IMG/VR virus record: IMGVR_UViG_3300042922_000250
Coordinates: 9,829 to 73,828 of that record
Direction: 5' to 3' (one strand)
DNA from: a virus
DNA: 64,000 bases
Shown here: in pieces, positions 36,861-47,134 of the stretch
Layout: each line of letters begins with the position of its first letter
Position numbering within the stretch: position 1 is the stretch's first letter
Translations under genes and position numbers: made by a program
Notes under the pieces: generated by a model
Database searches by the model: none
The model's input: the letters and a program-made list of their open reading frames with translations, nothing else
Told to the model about the DNA's origin: nothing

Positions 36861-37064
36861 CTATTCTTTTGGCGCTGCTTCGGTTGTTTCTGTCGGTTTC
36901 TCTGGCTCTTTCTTTTCCGCTTCTTGCTCTGCCTGCTGAATCTGCTGTAACAACTGTCCACGCGTCCGAATGAGCCGCTGAACTTCTAACTGGTGGCAAT
37001 CGAGTTGCACGTCCAATCTGCCGAGCGTTGCATAGAGTTTTTCAATGTTCATATTAATACTCAC
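36861..37064 (-). CDS. Small coiled-coil protein
   Basis: ORF downstream of the fibre genes. Confidence 0.5.
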   Translation of the reverse strand: MSINMNIEKLYATLGRLDVQLDCHQLEVQRLIRTRGQLLQQIQQAEQEAEKKEPEKPTETTEAAPKE

Positions 37065-37281
37065 TCCTCGTTAACAATCCCTTGCCATACAAAAAATCCC
37101 TAAAACCATCAACCACCTGTTTGCCGTTGTCGGTTAACATGCCACGAAGAAATATATCTCCGTTTTTCTCAAACCTTAAGATTTCCTTTCCGTTTGAACC
37201 AACAAGTAAAAATAAGCTGGGTGACGGTGCTGCTTTAACATAAATATCATTCATTATTTTTAACCCTCCCTTAATATACAA
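37054..37281 (-). CDS. Hypothetical fibre-associated protein
   Basis: KEILRFEKNGDIFLRG motif. Confidence 0.5.
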   Translation of the reverse strand: MYIKGGLKIMNDIYVKAAPSPSLFLLVGSNGKEILRFEKNGDIFLRGMLTDNGKQVVDGFRDFLYGKGLLTRSEY

Positions 37282-38269
37282 TCATTAATTGTCCTGTCGA
37301 TGTCATATAAAAATCGCCAGCAACCAACCCGCCAGTAATTGCCGCAGCGTTACTAGCATATGTTGAGATTGCAGCTATATTTAAAGTTCCTGCTGTAAGC
37401 ACTGTTTTATAGCCGCTTCGTGGTGTAATTTCAAAATTTCCTCCTAAACTATTAGTCAATTTTGCCGCGAACGCTGAATTGTTAGTAGAGCCTCCACCGA
37501 TATAAATACTATTTCCTGCTGTCCGAAAATGCACATTATAGCCGCTTCGTGGTGTAATGTGGATGTCGCCACTTGTTTCTTCGTATTCGATCGTCGCTTG
37601 GCCAGCAAGCATGATTGGGCCACCAAAACGCACAGGCGTGGTTCCTGCCGTATAAATTGCATAGTTGCTAACGCCACGAGTTAAGCTGTCAACGTATAGA
37701 CCATACAGATTTGTGATTACGCCTGTTCCAAGCGGGTTCGCCGCCTTAAACTCGCTCAATTCAGTGATAGTTCCCGCGACAACATCTGGCTGCATCCAAA
37801 AACCAGACATTCGGCCTAGTGTCCCGGTGTTGTCGTAATGCGGATATGCTTGGAAACTGTGATGATGATTAGAATTCTGAACTCCCTGGATTCTAGCGTT
37901 ATCGTTGAAGCTTGCGTGCGCCTGCGTTGGACTGATCTCCGAATAATCAACGATTGAATCGTCGAGAAAACCGTAGTGTGCATGGGCGGTGATTTCTTCT
38001 GCTGCGTGATAACGCGCTATGCCGGTTAGTCCTGTTCTTGTTCCGGCGAAAACACTCTTGATTATTGCGGTTGATGTTCCATCCAAAAAACCGCCAATCG
38101 TTTCCGCGTTCTCTTTCGCTTTTATGTCTATGTTTTTAAATAAGAAATTGAACAGTTCAAGGCTTGGCGGCAATCCGTTTAAAAATTCAAACCCTTGCAA
38201 ATACTCTTCGTCTGTCGGCGGAGACACCGGTCCATTTTGTGCAAAAATCTTAGAAAAGTCGGCGGCCAT
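37271..38269 (-). CDS. Tail fibre/receptor-binding protein 2
   Basis: First 30 aa identical to fibre 1; ITPRSGY repeats; YASNAAAITGGLVAGDFY C-terminus. Confidence 0.7.
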   Translation of the reverse strand: MAADFSKIFAQNGPVSPPTDEEYLQGFEFLNGLPPSLELFNFLFKNIDIKAKENAETIGGFLDGTSTAIIKSVFAGTRTGLTGIARYHAAEEITAHAHYGFLDDSIVDYSEISPTQAHASFNDNARIQGVQNSNHHHSFQAYPHYDNTGTLGRMSGFWMQPDVVAGTITELSEFKAANPLGTGVITNLYGLYVDSLTRGVSNYAIYTAGTTPVRFGGPIMLAGQATIEYEETSGDIHITPRSGYNVHFRTAGNSIYIGGGSTNNSAFAAKLTNSLGGNFEITPRSGYKTVLTAGTLNIAAISTYASNAAAITGGLVAGDFYMTSTGQLMIVY

Positions 38270-38306
38270 TTCAAAACCTCCCAAATAAAAATAAACGCCG
38301 AAGCGC

Positions 38307-38375
38307 TTAGTACTTAATGTATTAGAAAATGCAACATTACGCGGCCTTGCCTCAGATTCACCGCTTTCAGCGTTA
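38307..38375 (-). pseudogene. Remnant of a tail-collar fibre C-terminus
   Basis: SGESEARPRNVAF, then frameshifted YIKY-stop. Confidence 0.55.
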
Positions 38376-38403
38376 ACGTCCGCATGCTTTAACGACTCCT
38401 TAT

Positions 38404-39285
38404 TTAGTAGCGCATCACCGCCAATGCTGCGATGTTTTGAGGGCGTGCCATGCCAATGAAGGCTTCACCTTGCACACCTGTGTTTTGATCCAAAAAAGGA
38501 GTATTTATGCCCGGAGAATAGGTCCCGAATGGAAATGTATCCATACCAGCTGCAGCTAATGCATCGGCATAGACATTCCCCGATGTATACCATAGACCAG
38601 ATATTGTTACGGCACTTTGCGACGTATCAATCGCAATTGCAGAGCCTTTTTGCCAAGAACCGATAGTTCTGGCGTTGTCAACGCCTTTCCCGTCATCGGA
38701 GTATCTCTCGAATTCCCCGCGCCAATCCGGTAATGAAAATGTGGTGCTGCCATCTCCCATGCCAAATAATCCGGGATATGTTGCTGTATTAACGGTTGTA
38801 AGTCCGTTGTCGATAGCGAACTTCCATAGGCGGGGATATGTTGCTCTATTTACGGTCGCCCCATTAGCTTTGATATACCCAGGGCGCACAGCTAAGTCAC
38901 CGATAACCCGGCCGATCGCTGTGCCATCCCGCACGTCGTCAATTATCCACGTTACAGTTCCGTCTGCCGTCATTTCTCCGACATTTGGCCATGTAGGTTC
39001 AGTCGATCCGCTGGTCCCTGCGATAACACATTCAAACCGTTTATAGCTTGCGGCATTAATCGAAAATCGGATATCGCCAACAACATACGATGTTAACGGC
39101 ATCCATTGCCGATTAATCGCCAGCAAGTACTGCATTTTTAAGTCCAATTTCTGGAACATGTAATTAAACAGCCTATACGTAGGAGGATTGCTGCCCAAAA
39201 ATTCAAACCCTTGCAAATACTCTTCGTCTGTCGGCGGAGACACCGGTCCATTTTGTGCAAAAATCTTAGAAAAGTCGGCGGCCAT
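38404..39285 (-). CDS. Tail fibre protein 1 with tail-collar domain
   Basis: GYIKANGATVNRATYPRL, GDGSTTFSLPDWRGEFER, ARPQNIA. Confidence 0.85.
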   Translation of the reverse strand: MAADFSKIFAQNGPVSPPTDEEYLQGFEFLGSNPPTYRLFNYMFQKLDLKMQYLLAINRQWMPLTSYVVGDIRFSINAASYKRFECVIAGTSGSTEPTWPNVGEMTADGTVTWIIDDVRDGTAIGRVIGDLAVRPGYIKANGATVNRATYPRLWKFAIDNGLTTVNTATYPGLFGMGDGSTTFSLPDWRGEFERYSDDGKGVDNARTIGSWQKGSAIAIDTSQSAVTISGLWYTSGNVYADALAAAGMDTFPFGTYSPGINTPFLDQNTGVQGEAFIGMARPQNIAALAVMRY

Positions 39286-39299
39286 TAGCTATCACCTCT

Positions 39300-39965
39300 T
39301 TAATTTATTCGTCTAGCGAATACGCCTTCGCCAAAGCCTTTATATCCGATTTCAGGATAATTCGAAAAACCAAACACCGAATCGCCAAAATACGATTTAA
39401 ATTCAATTCCTACTCCGCCTGGCCTAACGAGTAAATTTATAGCGCTAATCAGCGCTATATCGTTTTTAGTGAGCTCTTTCCCAATCGCTAACCATATCTT
39501 CGCATCCCCATTTTCTTTCATCAGCACCTTGGAATTAAACATCCGTACCAAACTGTTAATGGTGCCTTCGGTGGTTCCGTCTGACGTGTTATATGCGACC
39601 TTGGCCCACAGAACGCGCTTATATTCAGCGTCGCCTAACGTGCGCGAAGAATAATAGGTTTCTCCTATGTCGCGGAATCGCGCCTGATCAAAGCCAGTTA
39701 CATAAGGCAATTGCTCATAAAAACCAAAAAATGGGATCGTAATTGCCTTGTCTATTTTTCGGGGGCGAACAACTATCTCGCCGCAACCGTCTAGTTGTGC
39801 ACCTGCTCCGGTATCAATCCAACGTTTATTTTGTAAATCGTCAAATACTTGCGCCAATAGATCAAGTTCAGCGCCAATAGCATCAAGAAGTCCATGCAGA
39901 TTCGGAGAGTTCGCAAATTGCATCAAAAGGCGATCTGTCATTTGTTGACCATATGCGCTGCTCAT
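39300..39965 (-). CDS. Baseplate wedge protein (DUF2612-like)
   Basis: IDT..GAQLD..GEIV..PR, FFGF, RPGGV. Confidence 0.75.
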   Translation of the reverse strand: MSSAYGQQMTDRLLMQFANSPNLHGLLDAIGAELDLLAQVFDDLQNKRWIDTGAGAQLDGCGEIVVRPRKIDKAITIPFFGFYEQLPYVTGFDQARFRDIGETYYSSRTLGDAEYKRVLWAKVAYNTSDGTTEGTINSLVRMFNSKVLMKENGDAKIWLAIGKELTKNDIALISAINLLVRPGGVGIEFKSYFGDSVFGFSNYPEIGYKGFGEGVFARRIN

Positions 39966-41386
39966 CCCGCCGTCACCTCGATCCTCGCAGCATCAAACGT
40001 CGCTAGTTCTCTTACCCCGATATTTATATTGGTGGCAGTGTAGGTCACGCCGTCAGCAGAACCGGTTAACTCAACATATCCGATCCCTTCCACGTTGCGG
40101 ATTACATAGGCTGATAATCTTTGCAAGATCACGTTCTGACCAACGGAAAGCGTATTCCCTTGCGTAAGCAAGTATTCAGCACTTTCCAATACTGCATTAC
40201 CAGACATCCCGACTTCTGTATCCTCGTGGAGTATACACCGCAAATAAACAGGAATATCCGTAGGGCGATTAAATTTAATTATGTGCGGGAGACCCTGACT
40301 GTCGGTAACTTCAACGGACACGCTGCCGTATGTATCAATTCCCGCAGCTTTTTTCCTCCAAATTGCATTTGCAATATCTCCTTCGTCTCCGCCCTGAATA
40401 ACAGCCTCAATACTGTGTGGAGGCCGTCCATCGCTGTCGGTGGCGTCAGTCGTATTTTCAAAAACAATTGCCGCCGCGACGCCAACAACGTCGTTAATCA
40501 AACTCGCTTGTATGGCTTCCACCATTGCGGCGCCTTGAGAAGAAACTGAGCGGGAATATCTTTGCCGCAGTTCTGTGTCGGTTTCCAAATCACGACCAGG
40601 ATATGCAGCACTTTCATTGATGGCAGATGTCCACCCAGCAATCTGAGTGACAATGCTTTTAACTGTGCCGATAGCAGGATTGAGCGTGCCTGTTTCCGCT
40701 GCGTAAAACTCCACAGGGCTGCCAACATTAACAACAGTCAGCGTCGTGGAATAGTTAACCGCCTTTCCATTAATCCGGTCTACCTGGGTATAGGTCAGCA
40801 CATCGTTTGTCACGCTCGCCGTCCATCCAGCAGGCGAACCTACTGTTAACGCCACTAATACGCTATTAACCGTATCACCGCCGCCGGCTGTTTTTGTCAT
40901 GGTCGTTCCGTCAATGGTGACGCTATATGTTGAGCCGTTTGACACGCCGTTAGAGGTAATCGACAGGCTCACCGCATTAGACAAACTGATCGTATTTGCC
41001 TGATTAGTTTCATAGTAGCTGCTATCCGTCCCCTGGATTTGAGCGCCGCTGCCGATTACCGTCCCTGGGGCGCCATAGCAAACCTCGTAAAGCTTGGTTT
41101 TCTGAGCATTAATTCTGGTAATACCCGCGAATCCCACCGAATTCGACATACTCACGCCGTTTGCGGTGTTTGGATACATGGCATTATATTGATCTTCGGC
41201 CACCTGCCAAAGATCATCAATTGCCGCCACGAATACGCCAATGGCCTGCCCGATAACGCTGTTCGGCTTTGTGCTAATTGCAACGCCGACTGCAGCCGAT
41301 AAATTGCTTTCAATATCCGATTTGATTTGATCTAGCCGCTTCCGCACAAAGCCATTTACAGTAACTCCATATTCACTCGTCGCCAT
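39962..41386 (-). CDS. Baseplate J/gp47 protein
   Basis: GRDLETDTELRQR, PPHSIEAVIQGG, KKAAGIDTYG. Confidence 0.88.
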   Translation of the reverse strand: MATSEYGVTVNGFVRKRLDQIKSDIESNLSAAVGVAISTKPNSVIGQAIGVFVAAIDDLWQVAEDQYNAMYPNTANGVSMSNSVGFAGITRINAQKTKLYEVCYGAPGTVIGSGAQIQGTDSSYYETNQANTISLSNAVSLSITSNGVSNGSTYSVTIDGTTMTKTAGGGDTVNSVLVALTVGSPAGWTASVTNDVLTYTQVDRINGKAVNYSTTLTVVNVGSPVEFYAAETGTLNPAIGTVKSIVTQIAGWTSAINESAAYPGRDLETDTELRQRYSRSVSSQGAAMVEAIQASLINDVVGVAAAIVFENTTDATDSDGRPPHSIEAVIQGGDEGDIANAIWRKKAAGIDTYGSVSVEVTDSQGLPHIIKFNRPTDIPVYLRCILHEDTEVGMSGNAVLESAEYLLTQGNTLSVGQNVILQRLSAYVIRNVEGIGYVELTGSADGVTYTATNINIGVRELATFDAARIEVTAG

Positions 41387-41744
41387 ATCCCAACACCTCC
41401 TTTGCGGTAACAAGTCCATAAGTCGTTTCGGCCACAAAATCGACGGTTAATGTTCTGCTTTGGTTGTTCAACGTCAAAGATAAAGCAGTTACAGCGAACA
41501 CATCGTCAACGTCAAGAATTTGCTGGCGCAAGATATTGCGGATATGGTCAAGGCTCGGGTTTTTAATCAGGATATCTTCCCAGTATGGCACGCCATAGGT
41601 GGTGTCCAGAAACCATTCGCCTAAAAAAGATTTGAGTTTGATTTTTATTTGTTGTGCGACACGCTCAGCGTCGCTAATCAGCACAAGATCGCCGTCTTTA
41701 AAAATCAGGTCATGGTTTGCTGCGGATAGTGCAAAATCATGCAT
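41373..41744 (-). CDS. Baseplate gp25/gp46-like sheath initiator
   Basis: VAQQIKIKL..FLGEWFLDTTYGVPY. Confidence 0.8.
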   Translation of the reverse strand: MHDFALSAANHDLIFKDGDLVLISDAERVAQQIKIKLKSFLGEWFLDTTYGVPYWEDILIKNPSLDHIRNILRQQILDVDDVFAVTALSLTLNNQSRTLTVDFVAETTYGLVTAKEVLGYGDE

Positions 41745-41755
41745 AAATAACCTCC

Positions 41756-42298
41756 TTAACTCGGAGTCGATGTATTACTACCGCCAGACTGGACGCCGCC
41801 GTGGACATGACCTAAAAACGATATTCCCCCGATAATCAGATCCGTGTTAATGCTGGCCGGTCCGTTCTCAGGGATAGATAACACGCAGCTACCGTGTTTA
41901 ATTTCGATCGCATTGTTATTCGTCGCCCTGGTTGGCTTCATGCCAACAAAGGCGGCACAGTCGGTCAGATCATACTTTCGCGGATCCTCGCTCTCGCCAC
42001 TTAACAGCCAATCGTCTATAGACCGCTCAGCAAAAACCAGCCAGCAATCGTCACCATCTTTAACGGGGTATGTAATTGACGCATTGCCGCCGCTTGGGAA
42101 ATATACCGGCACATTAACAATGACCGGAGCATCAAGCGTCCGGCCATCGGATACCTTGTATTTTATTGCCGACTGCACACTGGCTCTGCCTGTGCCAGGG
42201 TCATAACTGATGATCTTGCCGGGGGCAGAGGTGTGAATTCCTGATACTATTCCTTTCGCCAAGTCAACAACGGCCTGCATTGTCTGGTTGTTACTCAT
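41756..42298 (-). CDS. Central spike (Gp138-like)
   Basis: VPVYFP.GG..SITYPVK.GD.C.LVFAERSID.W; HVH metal-binding tip. Confidence 0.85.
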   Translation of the reverse strand: MSNNQTMQAVVDLAKGIVSGIHTSAPGKIISYDPGTGRASVQSAIKYKVSDGRTLDAPVIVNVPVYFPSGGNASITYPVKDGDDCWLVFAERSIDDWLLSGESEDPRKYDLTDCAAFVGMKPTRATNNNAIEIKHGSCVLSIPENGPASINTDLIIGGISFLGHVHGGVQSGGSNTSTPS

Positions 42299-43193
42299 CT
42301 TCATCCACCACAATCAACTCCTGTTCGGTGTACCATTCATTACCGTGCGTGTCCCCTGAATGCTTCATCGTTTCCACCCGAAACCACCCCGTTACCGTGT
42401 CGGATTCAACACGAACCAGATCGCCCGGGTTAACGGTCGGCGCAAGCAGAGTAACTATTTTCCACCCGGCTTTTTTCTCCGCTTTCTTCTTCTTGACCTT
42501 GCGCTTCTTTTTGGCAACTTGGTCAGGACGTTTGACCGCCTTTATAATCCTCTCAGGGCTGCCAACAAGGCCGCTAGATGGAGAAAAGACCAATGCTCTA
42601 ACGGTTGTACTGCCGCCGTCCATAATGACCTGCAGGACGTTGTTTTGGATGCTCCACGTTGCCCCGGATGCGTCCAGGACTTTATTGAGGCATTCCCTAC
42701 CCTGGCCGACAAAAGAGAATCCTGCCGGGTATGATGCGAGTTCCACGTCAGGCGCAATCTGCGCAACCAGTCCCATCTGCGCGGTTACATCGGATACGAT
42801 CTTACTGCCAGCAACCCCCGCAGAATAGCCAAGCGATACAACCGTGTCCCGGATAGCGATTTGCCCGTCTGATAGTTCAAACTCAGTTACTCTTTCCGGT
42901 CCTTCCCTGCGCGTTGTCGCGTAGGTAACTGCGCCAAGAAAAATACGCCGCAGGCCTATGTCCTCGGCGTATCCTACCTGTAATTCGCAGATTAAGTCGT
43001 CAACCTCTAACTTCCCCCTGGTCGCTTCCGAAAGGTTATAGATTTTGATTGACGACTTATTTGTCTGCTGGGTCAGGTCCTTATCGATATCGAACTCAAT
43101 CCGTAGGCTATCGTTTTTACCGTCGGACTCAATGACAATACCCTCTTCGCCTTGAACCCCAGCCATGAGGCGAAATATACGGTTAAATTGCAT
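42291..43193 (-). CDS. Baseplate hub protein
   Basis: IKIYNLS, LQVGY, GLVGSPE, HSGDTHGNEW. Confidence 0.8.
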   Translation of the reverse strand: MQFNRIFRLMAGVQGEEGIVIESDGKNDSLRIEFDIDKDLTQQTNKSSIKIYNLSEATRGKLEVDDLICELQVGYAEDIGLRRIFLGAVTYATTRREGPERVTEFELSDGQIAIRDTVVSLGYSAGVAGSKIVSDVTAQMGLVAQIAPDVELASYPAGFSFVGQGRECLNKVLDASGATWSIQNNVLQVIMDGGSTTVRALVFSPSSGLVGSPERIIKAVKRPDQVAKKKRKVKKKKAEKKAGWKIVTLLAPTVNPGDLVRVESDTVTGWFRVETMKHSGDTHGNEWYTEQELIVVDEDE

Positions 43194-43512
43194 TGATTTC
43201 AGCCTCCGTGACGTAAACCAGAATAGCCTTGCTGTTCGAAAAGTCATTTCGGCTTACGGTTTGAATTGTGGTATCCATAGTTACTATCATGAGTTCGCCG
43301 GGAGGCAAGCCGGGGCGGTGATACGGTTTAAGCAAAGGATAGTCCGGCACAGACTTGACGCCTTCAAGCAGCGAAACACCGCTGTCGCTTCGAATGCTTA
43401 ACGTCCAGTAACCGCCTACATCGTTGTAAAGCATGCGGATTTTATATTGCGTGCTATCCAGAGTAGCAGTAAACACAATATCATTCGCATCTAAAAAGGC
43501 TATTGTCTGCAT
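43183..43512 (-). CDS. Baseplate-associated small protein
   Basis: Gene order; FTATLD...YN..GGYWTLSI. Confidence 0.65.
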   Translation of the reverse strand: MQTIAFLDANDIVFTATLDSTQYKIRMLYNDVGGYWTLSIRSDSGVSLLEGVKSVPDYPLLKPYHRPGLPPGELMIVTMDTTIQTVSRNDFSNSKAILVYVTEAEINAI

Positions 43513-43516
43513 TGCA

Positions 43517-44125
43517 TTAACCTCCAAACGCCTTGGATATTCCTTCTAATGCTCTTTTGGCCATAGAGGCCCTTCGGCCAGAATCATCCGGCGCGTTATT
43601 TATTTCCTCCTGCGTAGCCGTTCCGCCGTTCGCTTCCGTCTCTCCTGCCCGGTTGATCATGGACAGGTCAACAATGTTTTGCGGAATATCGGTTGTTTTG
43701 ACCTTTACCCGCCGGATTTGGATAAACTCGCAGGGAATGCGGATTAGGTTTTTGTTTTCGACATTACGAGGAATTCTAGCCGATGTCATGACCATGTTTT
43801 CCCATGTGTTAAACTGCGTGATAATTGTTATAGGCTGAGCGTTTTTATAAATTTGTTCAAAGGCTGCCAGAGCGGTACTGACCTTATCCGTCGACTGCCC
43901 CAATCTATCCAGCCATGTTACCGGGCTTTGTGTAATGCCGACGACTGCGGAAACCTTGACCGGCTTCCTGATTACATGATCGGCGACAGGAAAGCCATCT
44001 TCTACCGGATGCTCGGTCACATCGCTTTCAAGGCTGTATTCCTGCTCGACAAGAACATCAACTTCGATTAATCCTATCTTTGTTGGATTTGTCAGGTCAG
44101 GGAAAAATATGCTTGATGTTGCCAT
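43517..44125 (-). CDS. Tube initiator/Dit-like baseplate protein
   Basis: VTEHPVEDG..VADHVIRKP. Confidence 0.75.
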   Translation of the reverse strand: MATSSIFFPDLTNPTKIGLIEVDVLVEQEYSLESDVTEHPVEDGFPVADHVIRKPVKVSAVVGITQSPVTWLDRLGQSTDKVSTALAAFEQIYKNAQPITIITQFNTWENMVMTSARIPRNVENKNLIRIPCEFIQIRRVKVKTTDIPQNIVDLSMINRAGETEANGGTATQEEINNAPDDSGRRASMAKRALEGISKAFGG

Positions 44126-44127
44126 TA

Positions 44128-45747
44128 TCAGTCGCCCCCTGGGATCAGATACTGCAGATCGCGGGCCAGTTTGTCGTTGCTTGATCCGGCAGCTTCTGCG
44201 GTTTTTTCTCCGACTTGCGCCGCGACCTGCTGGCCAGTTCCAGCCATATTTTGCTCGATATGGGTGTCGCTGGTATAGTGAACGACAACCGTACTTCCGC
44301 CGCCAATGCTTGCCATTCCAGCAGCGCCGACGCCATATGAACCCATGCCCCCCGCTCCTCCGTTGAAGGTAGGAGCGTTATCTTTTATTTTCTGAAAAAC
44401 GGACATTGCTTTTTCGCCCAATCCAGTAAAATGCTCTTTGGCCGTTTCAATCGCGCCGCTGATATCGCCGGTGAACACTTGCTTCCAAAATTTTAACCCG
44501 CGCAGCATTATGTCTATAATACTTTGCCACGTAGACAGCCAACCAGTTTTCAAATCATCCCAGTACCCAATAAGTTGATCTACTAGCTGAGATATCCAAG
44601 CGCTTACCTTGATCTTGAAATCGTCCCAACTGCCGAGCCAATCGCCAAGAACCGATTCGCCGCCTGTTATCCAGTAATACAAATCCTCGACGACCAAAAC
44701 CAGAGCCATAATCCCTAACGTTATAGCGGCTATGGTCAGAAAGGCAGGGTTGAGAAGAAACGATAGAAACGATTTTGCAAGATTAACAACGCCAATCCTC
44801 AAAACACCAAGAGCTATCCTCCACATTTCCAAGGTGAATAGCCCCTCACGGAATATAACAAATGCTACTCCGAAAGAGGCCAAAGCTATTGTGGCTAACT
44901 TAAAAGCGTTAGCCCACCCGCCGACAAGTTTGATTCCTTTTTCGAGAACAGTTGCAATTCCGTCAGCAGCTTTCATGATTCCCCTAGCGATGTGCTGAAA
45001 TACGCTAGTTTCCTTGTTCAGACCAAAAATAAGGCTTCCGATCCGGTTCAGCGCATAGGTAACAGATTGTTCAATCGTTACAGGCATGCGTTCAAATTCG
45101 CGGTCCATTTTTGCTTTAGCTTTGAGAATGGCTTTAAAGACACCCTCTGCAGTCAGTTCGCCATCGGCGCCCATCTGTTTCAGTTTGCCGACCGTCACAC
45201 CGTAATATTTCGCTACTTCATCCATCAGTACTGACGCGTTTTCACCCAGGCTGCGCAGTTCGTCGCCCTGCAGTCGACCGGATGATAACGCCTGACTAAG
45301 CTGCAAGATCGTTGCCTGTGCCTGGGCCGTGCCTGCACCGCCAACAACTAAGGCTTTATTTACTGTCTCAGTTACGTCCAGTATGTCCTGTTGAGATGCG
45401 CCTAACTGGTCAGAGCTGCGTGCCATTTTATAATAAAGATCGCCGGTAGCAGCATACTCCTGCCTGGTCTTCTGTGCAATGTCGAAAACCTTCTGCTGCA
45501 TGTCCGCTTGTTCTTCTGCGGATTTTGTGACCAGGCCAATCCGGGAATTGACGTTAGTCCATTCGTCGCCGATCTTAACGACTTCACCAGCGCCTAGCGC
45601 CAGACCGACAACCGCAGCCATCCTGCCAAGAACACCGATAGCGGCAGTTGCACGGTCTTTAATATTCGCAATGCCCTGGTCAGCCCTTTTAAGTTTGCTT
45701 TCGTCCAGGCTAAAACCAAGACCAATAAGCAGTTCTCTAACGACCAT
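44128..45747 (-). CDS. Tape measure protein
   Basis: QLSQALSSGRLQGDELRSL tape-measure motif; TM segments. Confidence 0.9.
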   Translation of the reverse strand: MVVRELLIGLGFSLDESKLKRADQGIANIKDRATAAIGVLGRMAAVVGLALGAGEVVKIGDEWTNVNSRIGLVTKSAEEQADMQQKVFDIAQKTRQEYAATGDLYYKMARSSDQLGASQQDILDVTETVNKALVVGGAGTAQAQATILQLSQALSSGRLQGDELRSLGENASVLMDEVAKYYGVTVGKLKQMGADGELTAEGVFKAILKAKAKMDREFERMPVTIEQSVTYALNRIGSLIFGLNKETSVFQHIARGIMKAADGIATVLEKGIKLVGGWANAFKLATIALASFGVAFVIFREGLFTLEMWRIALGVLRIGVVNLAKSFLSFLLNPAFLTIAAITLGIMALVLVVEDLYYWITGGESVLGDWLGSWDDFKIKVSAWISQLVDQLIGYWDDLKTGWLSTWQSIIDIMLRGLKFWKQVFTGDISGAIETAKEHFTGLGEKAMSVFQKIKDNAPTFNGGAGGMGSYGVGAAGMASIGGGSTVVVHYTSDTHIEQNMAGTGQQVAAQVGEKTAEAAGSSNDKLARDLQYLIPGGD

Positions 45748-45777
45748 GTATCACATCTCCTTTTTAAAGGGCATAAA

Positions 45778-45801
45778 GAAACCCGCCATTAGGCGGGTTT
45801 G
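45778..45801. terminator. Terminator-like hairpin
   Basis: AAACCCGCC-atta-GGCGGGTTT. Confidence 0.6.
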
Positions 45802-45804
45802 TAC

Positions 45805-46257
45805 TTAATATTTCGGCCTTGTATCAATCGTTTCTTTGTTTTCTCGGATGTATTTTTCTATAACCCCATAGGGAGATTGATTATTATATTTTTTCCATTT
45901 ATCGCCTCGCGTATCTCCTGTCACCCATTCGCCGTTCTCGTCGAAAGCGGCAAACGACAACAATCTGGCAATGCTTTCGTTAATGCTAAATTCATTCGTA
46001 CTTTCCATAGTGGCAACCTTTGACCACACGTCTTGCTGTTTCTTCGCAAATTCCGGAGAAAAGGTATGCTTAATTTTAACCTTGTAGTTTGTTGGCTGGA
46101 GTGTAAATTGCTGGATGGTATCCGATTCAAATAAAAACTTGACTTCTGGATTCGCGGTTTTAACCTCGACCCACTCAGCAGATGAAATTCCTGGGAAAAA
46201 CAAAATAGTAATAACAATGAGCAGTTTCCCAATTGTCGATTTAATATATTTCCCCAA
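45805..46257 (-). CDS. Secreted moron protein
   Basis: Signal peptide ...SSA-EWVEV; own TATAAT upstream; inserted before the tape measure gene. Confidence 0.65.
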   Translation of the reverse strand: MGKYIKSTIGKLLIVITILFFPGISSAEWVEVKTANPEVKFLFESDTIQQFTLQPTNYKVKIKHTFSPEFAKKQQDVWSKVATMESTNEFSINESIARLLSFAAFDENGEWVTGDTRGDKWKKYNNQSPYGVIEKYIRENKETIDTRPKY

Positions 46258-46360
46258 AGCATGTCACTCCTTTTTTGCCATCATTATACCATATTCAACC
46301 ACCTCCGACTATAATCTCCAACAAAAAGGAGCCTTTCGGCTCCCGATGACATTTACTACT

Positions 46361-47134
46361 TTAGGCTGTTTTATCTCCGTACTTTATTGCCATTTCTTTT
46401 ACTATGATTAAATAACCTTCTATCAATTTTTTGTCTTCGGCAATAACATCAAGATAATTCAGACTGGCTATCTTAGACTTGGAAACACCTTCTAACGACA
46501 TGTTTTTACGTTTGTTTGTCAATCGGATTTTGAGATTAACGCCAAAACGCTCATCGAGAAGCTTATAGCTTTCTTTTCTCACATCTTGGATTAATTCATT
46601 GCCGCCCAATTGCTTGGCTATTTTATTAATTAATGTCGTTGCATCCCGCCGCCAGTCGTTAGGGCTAAGGGCAACAATCTCACGAATCCCTTTAATCTCA
46701 TTTGCCTGTTCTTGCTGAGCGGCAGCAAGTCTCTTAATCTCCTTATCTTGTTCAAGAAGAGATTGTGTGGCCTGAGCAAGTATTTCAAGTTGGGACATTG
46801 GCTTAGTCACATACATTCCGGTTCGGCGAATAGCCGGGAGAATTTCGTCAGCAACGATAGCCTGGAAGGCTTCTGCGGTTTCATTTTTGGCTTTCATCGC
46901 CAGCCGGTAGAAGATGTTTTCGGGGATGAATGATTCTGCCACTTGTGGCAGAAGGCCAAATTCTGCTAAATGACCATTTACCCTTGACCACCTAACAGAT
47001 TCATACTCTTTTCCGCTCTTTGTCTCGGTACTGGTAAACCCCAACCCTCTTGCCACATCTTCCAAATTCAATTGTGCAACGCCGTTTTCATCAATATACC
47101 CTCGTACGCCAGAAATGGTAATTAAATTACTCAT
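46361..47134 (-). CDS. BRO-N-like antirepressor
   Basis: LNLEDVARGLGF, FIPENIFYRLAMKAKNETAEAFQ, ILPAIRRTGMY. Confidence 0.85.
   Translation of the reverse strand: MSNLITISGVRGYIDENGVAQLNLEDVARGLGFTSTETKSGKEYESVRWSRVNGHLAEFGLLPQVAESFIPENIFYRLAMKAKNETAEAFQAIVADEILPAIRRTGMYVTKPMSQLEILAQATQSLLEQDKEIKRLAAAQQEQANEIKGIREIVALSPNDWRRDATTLINKIAKQLGGNELIQDVRKESYKLLDERFGVNLKIRLTNKRKNMSLEGVSKSKIASLNYLDVIAEDKKLIEGYLIIVKEMAIKYGDKTA

Larger units (their letters stand above)
38181..39286. repeat. Perfect 90-bp direct repeat (38181-38270 = 39197-39286)
   Basis: Identical nucleotide strings encoding the two fibre N-termini. Confidence 0.9.

Noticed and set aside
38181-39286. Possible DGR template/variable repeat or shufflon
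   Set aside because: The repeats are identical, direct and N-terminal, with no adenine-specific mismatches, and no reverse transcriptase or invertase is in the window.
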